Shown: positions 51,106 to 59,387 of the stretch, piece by piece
How the letters are laid out: each line of letters begins with the position of its first letter
Position numbering within the stretch: the stretch's first letter is position 1
Source of the DNA: an uncultured virus (IMG/VR IMGVR_UViG_3300020048_000016)
Taxonomy: Duplodnaviria > Heunggongvirae > Uroviricota > Caudoviricetes
IMG/VR virus record: IMGVR_UViG_3300020048_000016
Strand: one strand, 5' to 3'
Length of the DNA stretch: 64,000 nucleotides
Position numbers and translations under genes: made by a program
Notes under the pieces: generated by a model
Told to the model about the DNA's origin: nothing
Databases searched by the model: none
What the model saw: the letters and a program-made list of their open reading frames with translations, nothing else

Positions 51106-51591
51106 TTAGTAGTATGCTGGATATATTTCTAACGAAAGAGTTGATTCAATACTACCTCCTTTTTTCACAAACATATAAGCGTAGTTAGGATATTCATCTC
51201 TGAGTTTTTTGAACCCTCTCAATAACTCATCATAAATGACAACCTCCCTATAACTCATATTATTGGTATTTTCGATACCATCATAAGTTCCTTTATTTAT
51301 TAAATCAACATAATCATCGATCGATATACAAATATCATCCGTTACGTTATGAGTTACTTTTCTAATTTCATCAGTTAACTTCTTACCTCTATATCCGGTT
51401 ATATTACCATATTGACCAAGTATTGTAATATCTTCACACTCTATAACAGCATAGTCCATAGTAGAAAACTTCTTTTTAGAAATTTTACATTTATCATTTT
51501 CTAATAGATCAGAGAAACAGTGATATACATAATCATAATCAAAATTGCTATCGCTATTTTCAAAATCTTCGTTAAATCTTTTTATTCTCAT
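51106..51591 (-). CDS. Tagged (MRIKRFNE) hypothetical protein
   Basis: N-terminal motif. Confidence 0.65.
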   Translation of the reverse strand: MRIKRFNEDFENSDSNFDYDYVYHCFSDLLENDKCKISKKKFSTMDYAVIECEDITILGQYGNITGYRGKKLTDEIRKVTHNVTDDICISIDDYVDLINKGTYDGIENTNNMSYREVVIYDELLRGFKKLRDEYPNYAYMFVKKGGSIESTLSLEIYPAYY

Positions 51592-52586
51592 AAATTAAAA
51601 TATATTTTCTCACCATTTGTCATAGAATAAGATACATCACTAACTAATTTGGTATCTCTGTAATCATCATTCAAATATTTTCTACCTAATCCTTTCTTAA
51701 CATAACCAATTGTTATATGTGGTTCGTAATTAGGATAATCATTAGTGTGAGGTAGTTCTGCTAATTTATCGTGCATAACCTGAATAGAACCAACTGGATC
51801 AACATTTATCTTAACAACATCAAATTTATCATTCTCAAAAATTCCTATACCATTTAATTTTATTTTAGTATCATTAAATCCTTCAAGTGCATTTTGTACC
51901 ATCTCCGGTGTAACCTCTTTGTGTAATCCGTATAGTAAAGTTAAGTGTGGATTACTTTGTATTCCATATGTGTTATCACCTGTTTCATTGTATAAATCTT
52001 CCTCATCTATAATAGAAGTTATTTCTGACCAATTATCAAATGGTGTTTCAATCATAACACAACCATATTTATAATCCGCAGATTCTAATTTCTCATTTAC
52101 TACATCTCTATGAAAATTAAATGTGATTTTAACTAATTTTTCATCCTCTGCAAAATTTTGATAGTTTTCAATAGGAGTATTAGGGCTCATATATATTGTT
52201 TCTGATTGTTTAACTCTACTTGTAAATCCAGGTGTGTCAACAAATATACCATCACCTATCATTTTATCATACGAAACTCTTAGAGAGAAGTCTTCGCTAC
52301 GCATATAGTTAAATAATTGTTTAATTCTTTCATTAAGATCACCTTTGTTATCAAAATAGTTTAAAGATCTATATTGATCATGATCTGGAAATGTTTGATA
52401 TGATAAAACTTTAGTAGTTATAATAACGGTATAGTCTTCACCGTTATAACCTCTTCCTACTAAATGACTAGTATTTCTTTTAAAAACATCCACGTTTAGA
52501 TCAGTGAACTCATAGAAGAACTCTTCAATAGTTTCTTTTATCTCATCAGACACTTCAAAATTTTCAAATAATTTTAAATATTTCAT
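51588..52586 (-). CDS. Tagged (MKYLKLFE) protein with C-terminal 2H phosphoesterase, Acb1/T4 gp57B-like
   Basis: PHLTLLYG and TNDYPNYEPHITIGY HxT motifs. Confidence 0.7.
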   Translation of the reverse strand: MKYLKLFENFEVSDEIKETIEEFFYEFTDLNVDVFKRNTSHLVGRGYNGEDYTVIITTKVLSYQTFPDHDQYRSLNYFDNKGDLNERIKQLFNYMRSEDFSLRVSYDKMIGDGIFVDTPGFTSRVKQSETIYMSPNTPIENYQNFAEDEKLVKITFNFHRDVVNEKLESADYKYGCVMIETPFDNWSEITSIIDEEDLYNETGDNTYGIQSNPHLTLLYGLHKEVTPEMVQNALEGFNDTKIKLNGIGIFENDKFDVVKINVDPVGSIQVMHDKLAELPHTNDYPNYEPHITIGYVKKGLGRKYLNDDYRDTKLVSDVSYSMTNGEKIYFNL

Positions 52587-52657
52587 ATCAATTATATATT
52601 AATATTGCTATTTCAAAAAGTTTTGTTATATTTGTAGAAACATTAAAACTAACGGTT

Positions 52658-52828
52658 ATGGAAAGATTTTCAATGAGAGAAGTTATCAAGCAAAAGTATG
52701 GCGAAGCTGAGAAAGGCATCAAAGGCGCAACTGCTTCTAAACGTGCTACTAAAAAAGCAGAGAAAAAAGACACTGGTAAATATGTTACCAAAATCGTAGA
52801 TGGTGTTAAATATATGGTCTTGAAATAA
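52658..52828 (+). CDS. Small basic protein, 56 aa (MERFSMREVIKQKYGEAEKG...KIVDGVKYMVLK)
   Basis: Manual translation; TATATTTG promoter at 52627; terminator downstream. Confidence 0.7.
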   Translation: MERFSMREVIKQKYGEAEKGIKGATASKRATKKAEKKDTGKYVTKIVDGVKYMVLK

Positions 52829-52851
52829 TAGATAGATAATTAATATAAAAG

Positions 52852-52879
52852 AAAAGAGAGTCAAATGACTCTCTTTTTT
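52852..52879. terminator. Bidirectional terminator
   Basis: AAAAGAGAGTCA-AA-TGACTCTCTTTT. Confidence 0.8.
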
Positions 52880-52881
52880 AT

Positions 52882-53163
52882 TTAGTTTAAATTATATGTA
52901 GGAAGAATACTATCATCTTCATCATCTTCTGGTTCATCTTCGAATCCAAATCCTTCACCAACTAGTTCGTGAAATAAATCTTCAACAAGTGTAACGTGGA
53001 AGTATTCACCCATAAATTTGTAATAATCATCAACAGATAAAAAACCTTTCTCTTCTTTCAATATAGATAATTGATTTTTTGCAACTCTTTTTAAACTATC
53101 AACAAACGATTTAGATCCTGACTCATCTTCGTTCATTCCTTCAAATTTCTTTAAGTATTTCAT
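52882..53163 (-). CDS. Tagged (MKYLKKFEGMNE) acidic hypothetical protein
   Basis: N-terminal motif. Confidence 0.65.
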   Translation of the reverse strand: MKYLKKFEGMNEDESGSKSFVDSLKRVAKNQLSILKEEKGFLSVDDYYKFMGEYFHVTLVEDLFHELVGEGFGFEDEPEDDEDDSILPTYNLN

Positions 53164-53168
53164 ATTTT

Positions 53169-53924
53169 TTATTTATTTTTTATATTAAATTTATCACCAG
53201 GTGATAAAACATTAAATTCTAAATCTTTTATATTAGAAGAATCCAAAACCGTAACATTTCCAGATCCTATAACTCTAAATCTACCATTACTTATAATAAT
53301 TGCAGTATCTTCTGCTAAACCAACACCAATTCTATTTGGGTAAATAGAAATCGCTTCAACCAACCTAGAAAGTCTACCTCTCTCTACAAAATGACTATCA
53401 ATTATTAAATCAGGTATCAAAGAAAGTCCTAAACCACATTTAACTTTTTCTTTTCCACCAGTTATCATATTTTCTGACATACACATTGCACCTGCTGATG
53501 TACCTGCTACTACAAAGTGTTCATTATTAAATTTTCTAATTAAATTTTCTAAGAACTTAGTTCCTAAGAAACATTCACTTATTCTTGATTGATCACCACC
53601 GGAAAACATTATGATATTTGACTTTTTCAATAAATATAAATTGTTAACAGAGTCAACTTGATCCTTTGATGATATAAATAATGTTTCTATATTTTTACAA
53701 CCAATTCTTTCAAATGTAGTTTTATATTCAGAATCGATTTCATTTTGATATGATGATGCGGTTGGAATTATTATAATATTTGAATCTGTTCCAAATTTAG
53801 AATTTTTTATAACTTCTGAAAGTATGCTATTATTTATATCTATATTAGACCCTTTGCTTTCAGAACCACCAATAGGTATTAATATCCCTGTCATAAAATC
53901 TGAATATTTTTCTAAATAAATCAC
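53169..53924 (-). CDS. Cyanophycinase-like serine peptidase (family S51)
   Basis: IPIGGSE, IPTAS, FSGGDQ, AGTSAGAM, IDSHF..RGR..RL, GLAEDTA. Confidence 0.9.
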   Translation of the reverse strand: MIYLEKYSDFMTGILIPIGGSESKGSNIDINNSILSEVIKNSKFGTDSNIIIIPTASSYQNEIDSEYKTTFERIGCKNIETLFISSKDQVDSVNNLYLLKKSNIIMFSGGDQSRISECFLGTKFLENLIRKFNNEHFVVAGTSAGAMCMSENMITGGKEKVKCGLGLSLIPDLIIDSHFVERGRLSRLVEAISIYPNRIGVGLAEDTAIIISNGRFRVIGSGNVTVLDSSNIKDLEFNVLSPGDKFNIKNK

Positions 53925-53926
53925 TT

Positions 53927-54220
53927 TTATTTATTTTGTTTATTATTTTCTCCTTTAAATGGGTTTATTAAACCTTTTGCATTCCAAGATGATATAAATT
54001 TCTTATTATGTTTATCATAGTCTTCTCTTGACTCAATACCTGATTCAATAGGGTTCTGAATATATTGTATATTAGCACCTTGCTTATTCATATCAGAAAT
54101 TCTATTACCAATATCAGTTTTAGCAGATATTTTCATAACCTTTTCCAATTGATCTACCGTTTTTTGATTAGGTAGAGCCTCATTAGTTATTTCAAACTCA
54201 TTAAATCTTAAAATCTTCAT
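53927..54220 (-). CDS. Tagged (MKILRFNE) hypothetical protein
   Basis: N-terminal motif; late-type promoter 4 nt upstream. Confidence 0.65.
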   Translation of the reverse strand: MKILRFNEFEITNEALPNQKTVDQLEKVMKISAKTDIGNRISDMNKQGANIQYIQNPIESGIESREDYDKHNKKFISSWNAKGLINPFKGENNKQNK

Positions 54221-54281
54221 ATATTATATATTAATTTATAAATTCACAAAAACATTTATAGTAACATTTTATATAATCGAT

Positions 54282-56213
54282 ATGAGAATTATATATGTAA
54301 CTCCACATTTATCAACTGGTGGTATGCCAGAATACCTTAGAAGAAAGGTTGAACTAATGAAAGAAGAAAATGATGTATGGGTTGTTGAAAAACATTTTGA
54401 GACTGCTTATAGATCTATCAGAGATAAAATAGAAAAACTAATAGGTGATCGTTTAATAAACATAGGTGATAATTATTATAAACTTTTAGAGATTATAGAA
54501 GATGTTAAACCGGATGTAGTTCACTTTGAAGAATTGTCAGACTATCACTTCCCAGAACCTTTACTAGAATTAATATACAAAAAAGATAGAAAATATAAAA
54601 TATTTGATACTTTACACGACTCATCTATTGACGACAGAGAGAAAAGGTTTATACCAGATAAAATGATTGTTGTTAGTCCTTGGCAGATTAAAAACTTCCT
54701 AGCACTAAATATACCTATTGAAATAATAGAACACGAGATTTTAGCAGGAGAAAGAGATCGAAGTGGTCTTATAAAACTTGGTTTAGACCCTAGTAAGAAA
54801 CACGTTGTTCAAGTAGGTTTATTTTCTAGAAGAAAAAACCAATCAGAAACATTTCAATTGGCTAGAATAATGCCTGATGTTATTTTTCACTTCATAGGTA
54901 ATCAAACAGATAATTATAGCGACTACTGGAAACCACTTTTAGAAAATAAACCAGAAAATTGTATAATATGGGGCGAAAGATCAGATGCTGATGTATTTTA
55001 CTCTTGTATGGATGCAGTTATTTTCCCATCAAGAGGTAATTATGGTGATAGAGAAACAAACCCACTCGTAATAAGAGAGTCTATCGCTTGGAAGATACCT
55101 TTATTTGTTAGAGACTTACCATTTTATATGGGTATGTACAGAGAATCAGAAATGGTTAAATTTATGTCAGATGATATTATAAAAAGTGCAGAGATGCTAT
55201 ACGATTTAGTAAAAAAAGAAAAAAAAGAAATTAATATGGAATTAAACAAAGAATTTTTCAAAAGAAAATTATTCAACGTAACATTTGAAGAAGGTGAAAA
55301 TAAAATAGATTTTCAATATCTAGACTCACCTAGATTGGACTTGAAACTATGTATTAGAGATATAGATACAGAAGTTCCAATATACTCATTTGATTTATCA
55401 TTTGAAAACAATAGTTCAAGTTGGTGTGTTCCAATCCCTAAACCATTCTACGATTTCAAAAATAATCCAAACTTTGGTGGGTTTTTATATGATTTCTATA
55501 AAGATGGTGAAAAGGTTTACACCGCTGCAACTAGAATCAAACCAACCGCATTTAAAAAAGATAAATTTAGATTAGAAACTTTTGAACCTTTGTTTATAAA
55601 TTATGAGCAATTCTTCACAACTAAAATTTACGAATCATTTTTTAACCAAATTGATAATTTAGATACAGTTGCTGATATAGGAGCAAATGTTGGTTTATTC
55701 ACAGAACTTGTTCTTAGAAAAGGTGCTAAAAAAGTTATTTCATCAGAGATAAACGATTTGGCTATAGAACTTTTTGAAAAAATACACGGTGATAATAAAA
55801 AAGTTAAATTAATACACGAAGGTATATCAAAAGAAGATGGACATTTAGATATCTACATAGATCCTAATAATTCAACAATTGGTTCTATTCATAATCTAGG
55901 TGGTTTATCACAAATTAAAAAGATACCTACTATAAGTTTAGATAACTTTTTAAAAGAACAAAAAAAGTTAAACTTACTTAAAATGGATATAGAAGGTGCA
56001 GAGTATGATGTTTTTAGAGGAACTTCTAATGAAACGCTTGATAAAATTGATTACATCTTACTTGAGTTTCACGAAAATTATGGTGATATTTTAAGAGATA
56101 CAATACTTAATAGACTTGAAGAATCAGGTTTCACTTATGAGATATACCAAGACGATTGTGTTAATTATGCAAGTGAGTGGGAAGACAGAGGAACTATATT
56201 CGCAAAAAGATAA
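54282..56213 (+). CDS. GT4-like glycosyltransferase fused to FkbM-family methyltransferase
   Basis: PHLSTGGMP...KNQ...ETNPLVIRES; DIGANVG.F...LKMDIEGAE...EFH. Confidence 0.85.
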   Translation: MRIIYVTPHLSTGGMPEYLRRKVELMKEENDVWVVEKHFETAYRSIRDKIEKLIGDRLINIGDNYYKLLEIIEDVKPDVVHFEELSDYHFPEPLLELIYKKDRKYKIFDTLHDSSIDDREKRFIPDKMIVVSPWQIKNFLALNIPIEIIEHEILAGERDRSGLIKLGLDPSKKHVVQVGLFSRRKNQSETFQLARIMPDVIFHFIGNQTDNYSDYWKPLLENKPENCIIWGERSDADVFYSCMDAVIFPSRGNYGDRETNPLVIRESIAWKIPLFVRDLPFYMGMYRESEMVKFMSDDIIKSAEMLYDLVKKEKKEINMELNKEFFKRKLFNVTFEEGENKIDFQYLDSPRLDLKLCIRDIDTEVPIYSFDLSFENNSSSWCVPIPKPFYDFKNNPNFGGFLYDFYKDGEKVYTAATRIKPTAFKKDKFRLETFEPLFINYEQFFTTKIYESFFNQIDNLDTVADIGANVGLFTELVLRKGAKKVISSEINDLAIELFEKIHGDNKKVKLIHEGISKEDGHLDIYIDPNNSTIGSIHNLGGLSQIKKIPTISLDNFLKEQKKLNLLKMDIEGAEYDVFRGTSNETLDKIDYILLEFHENYGDILRDTILNRLEESGFTYEIYQDDCVNYASEWEDRGTIFAKR

Positions 56214-56222
56214 TAAAATTAT

Positions 56223-58574
56223 ATGAAGTTAATACAAGTAACACCAGGAGTTATACCAATCCCACCTAACGGATGGGGCGCTGTTGAGAAAATTATATGG
56301 GAATATAAACTAGTACTTGATAAACTAGGTTATAAAACCGATATTCTATATACAGACGATGTTAAAAAAGAAGATAACCAAATTGTACACGTACATATGG
56401 CAAATCTTGCTAACCTTTTAAATAGTAGAGGTATTGATTATGTTTATTCATTACATGATCATCACGTAGAACACTTTGGTAAAGAATCTTCTTGTTACAA
56501 AGAAAATTACCAAGCAATTAAAAATTCTAAATTAACTTTTGTTCATTCAAAACATCTTATAGAATATTTTGATAACTTACCACAAATAGTTTATTTACCA
56601 CACGGTGCTAATCTAAATGATTATAAATTCGTTGATAGAAGTGAATCTATACGAAAAGAAGTTAAATTATTTATGATGGCTAATAATGGTGTTGGTGGTG
56701 ATGCACTTTCAGATCGAAAAGGATTTTTAATCGGTATTGATGCTGCGAAAAATTTAGATCTACCGATAACAATTATATGTCCTGGATCTAATAAGGTATT
56801 TTTTGATCATCATAAGCCAGAATATGATAAATTAGAAATAATTTATGATTTAGATTATACCGACTCAATTGATAAGATGAATGAGTTTAATATTTTCTTA
56901 CACCCATCTAATCTAGAAGCTGGTCATCCTAACCTAACAATTGCAGAATCTCTTTCTATGGGAATACCAGTAGTTGGTGTTTCTAATATTGATGTAAAAG
57001 GTATGATAAGAGTTGAGAGAACTATATCCGATTTCGTTAATGGAATTAAAGAATGTATTAGTAAGTATGATAGTTTGATAAATGATATAGAAAACTATAG
57101 ATATTTACTTTCTTGGGATATCATAGTATCTAGAATGTTACAAAATTATAAAGAATACTTTAATATATCTGAGAAATATCAACTTACACACAATTATCAA
57201 AATGTTGATAAACTATTTATAGACAAACAAGAAAAAAGTGGTGTATTTGTTGAGTTTAAATCTAACAAAGCATTTGTTAAAACATCTAAGTTCACAGATG
57301 GTCTAACTGCAGTTTTCAAAGATAAAAGAACAAACAAGGTAATTTTCAAATCTGAAATTGATAAAAACCCTGGTCAGTGGGCCTATATATATACAAATGA
57401 TAGTCAATTCGTTGATTGGTCAGTAGAAGTTAAACAAGGTCTTAATGTTTTACATAAAGAAGAATTAAATCTAAAAGGTAGAAGAATTTTATTAGAATTA
57501 AATTCAGATTTGGATGAACAATTTATAATCGACTTTGTTGAAAGAACCGGATGTTTTCTTACAATAAAATCAAGTAAAAATTTAAATATAAAAGATTGTT
57601 GTTTTGATCCAAATGCAGATAGTGAAGAATTTTATTTTACACTAAACGAAAGACAACTAGTTGACTTCTTTTTAATTAAACAAAAGTCCGAAGACAAAGA
57701 AATATTTGTTATGAAAACAAATGCACTAGGTGATACTATCGGTTTTTTACCTTATGCACAAAAGTGGGCCGAGCAAAATAATAAAATAGTTGATGTTAAA
57801 ATATCAAATAGAAAATTAGATATATTTGATTTTCCAAATCTTAATCTAATAGATGATTATAATGATCTTGATTATACCGATATATCATCATTTGAATATA
57901 TTTTTGATAAACCTTTACAAAGAGGATATTCTGATCAACTTGGATTTGAATATGAAGAATTGCAACCAGTTCTTAAAAAATCTGGCTTAGATAGACCGAT
58001 CAAAGGAAAATATGTTTGTATCGGAGTTCAATCAACCGCTCAGTGTAAATATTGGAATTACCCAGATGGTTGGGAGATCTTATGTAAGATGTTAAGAAAA
58101 AATGGATATACTCCTGTTGCGGTTGATTTACACGAAGTATTTGGTATCGAAGGTTACTGGAATTCACTTCCTAAATCTGCAGTTAAAAAAGTAGGTATGG
58201 ATTTCAAAGAAGTTGTTAGATATATAGAACATTGTGACTTCTTTATCGGTTTAAGTAGTGGTCTTTCCTGGTTAGCATATGGTCTTAATAAAAATGTAGT
58301 TATGATCTCCGGAACAACTACCGAAGATAATGAGTTCACTATAAATAATCATAGAGTAATAAATAAAAGTGTTTGTAATGGTTGCTTTAATAAATCATAC
58401 TTACATAAATTTGATGCTGGTGATTGGTTGTGGTGTCCTATAAATAAAGGAACATCAAAGCAATTTGAGTGTAGTAAGTCTATAACACCTGAAATGGTAT
58501 TTGAAGTTGTTTCTAAATTGTTTGATTTTAATAATTCTAACTTACCGGATTACTCAAACGATATTATGTTTTAA
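56223..58574 (+). CDS. GT4-like domain fused to autotransporter O-heptosyltransferase (TibC/Aah-like) domain
   Basis: IPPNGWGAVE; LGDTI...STAQCKYWN...FIGLSSGLSWLA...CNGC...WCP...FECSKSIT. Confidence 0.85.
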   Translation: MKLIQVTPGVIPIPPNGWGAVEKIIWEYKLVLDKLGYKTDILYTDDVKKEDNQIVHVHMANLANLLNSRGIDYVYSLHDHHVEHFGKESSCYKENYQAIKNSKLTFVHSKHLIEYFDNLPQIVYLPHGANLNDYKFVDRSESIRKEVKLFMMANNGVGGDALSDRKGFLIGIDAAKNLDLPITIICPGSNKVFFDHHKPEYDKLEIIYDLDYTDSIDKMNEFNIFLHPSNLEAGHPNLTIAESLSMGIPVVGVSNIDVKGMIRVERTISDFVNGIKECISKYDSLINDIENYRYLLSWDIIVSRMLQNYKEYFNISEKYQLTHNYQNVDKLFIDKQEKSGVFVEFKSNKAFVKTSKFTDGLTAVFKDKRTNKVIFKSEIDKNPGQWAYIYTNDSQFVDWSVEVKQGLNVLHKEELNLKGRRILLELNSDLDEQFIIDFVERTGCFLTIKSSKNLNIKDCCFDPNADSEEFYFTLNERQLVDFFLIKQKSEDKEIFVMKTNALGDTIGFLPYAQKWAEQNNKIVDVKISNRKLDIFDFPNLNLIDDYNDLDYTDISSFEYIFDKPLQRGYSDQLGFEYEELQPVLKKSGLDRPIKGKYVCIGVQSTAQCKYWNYPDGWEILCKMLRKNGYTPVAVDLHEVFGIEGYWNSLPKSAVKKVGMDFKEVVRYIEHCDFFIGLSSGLSWLAYGLNKNVVMISGTTTEDNEFTINNHRVINKSVCNGCFNKSYLHKFDAGDWLWCPINKGTSKQFECSKSITPEMVFEVVSKLFDFNNSNLPDYSNDIMF

Positions 58575-58585
58575 TATATACTTAT

Positions 58586-59167
58586 ATGAAACATTTGAAA
58601 AGATTTAATGAGAATCTGGAATTCGAAGACGATATGCAATTTTGGCACGGTGGTGATCTAGATAACTATGATGATATAATCGCACAGAAGAATGGTCGTT
58701 ATGAGTATGGTCCTGGTCTTTACCTAACGACACATTATGATACTGCTAAAAAATATGCAAAGGGTAGAAGAAAATTCTATATAATATCAGTTGAAAAGGG
58801 AAATGATATAAATAAATCTTTACTAGATTTTGATAAAGTTAAACAGTTTATTCTTAAATATGTTATAAAGAGTAAACAAAAAGAAATTCTACAAAGAGTA
58901 GAAAAGTATAATAAAGAAAATACAATTAAAGGTTACATATTCAATAATATACTTCTTAATGAAAAAGCTCTAAGTCCTAGAAATACTTCCAAATTAAGAC
59001 AATTCTTGATTGATAATGGTATTGACTACGAAATTGTAGATAATCCTTTTGGATGGGGTGAGAAGATGATGGTTCTTTACAATATGAAAAAGATAAAAGA
59101 TGTTAGACAGATAACAACAAAAGATAAGATTGAAAATTATGATCTATTAAAAAAGCCACTCGATTGA
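58586..59167 (+). CDS. Tagged (MKHLKRFNE) protein with ADP-ribosyltransferase-like fold
   Basis: WHGG...YGPGLYLT....A..YA. Confidence 0.65.
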   Translation: MKHLKRFNENLEFEDDMQFWHGGDLDNYDDIIAQKNGRYEYGPGLYLTTHYDTAKKYAKGRRKFYIISVEKGNDINKSLLDFDKVKQFILKYVIKSKQKEILQRVEKYNKENTIKGYIFNNILLNEKALSPRNTSKLRQFLIDNGIDYEIVDNPFGWGEKMMVLYNMKKIKDVRQITTKDKIENYDLLKKPLD

Positions 59168-59178
59168 GTGGCTTTTTT
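59149..59178. terminator. Bidirectional terminator
   Basis: AAAAAGCCACTC-GATT-GAGTGGCTTTTT. Confidence 0.8.
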
Positions 59179-59302
59179 ATTTTGAGCAAGTATCTAAGAT
59201 AACTACATTCTCATTACCACCATATGCATCACAATGTCCACCTTTACTAGATGCACACGCGGTTAAAACCGAAAATAACACAATTGTTAAAATTAACTTC
59301 AT
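59177..59302 (-). CDS. Small lipoprotein, 41 aa, missing from the ORF track
   Basis: MKLILTIVLFSVLTA-CASSKGGHCDAYGGNENVVILDTCSK: signal peptide plus lipobox LTAC; late-type promoter upstream. Confidence 0.75.
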   Translation of the reverse strand: MKLILTIVLFSVLTACASSKGGHCDAYGGNENVVILDTCSK

Positions 59303-59332
59303 TTATATTATTATTTTTGATTATATATTAAT

Positions 59333-59367
59333 AAAAAAAGTTCATTACTCAAAGAATAATGAACTTT
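59333..59367 (-). terminator. Terminator after nrdB
   Basis: AAAGTTCATTA...TAATGAACTTT with A run. Confidence 0.65.
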
Positions 59368-59387
59368 ATATTTACTTAATAATATTA

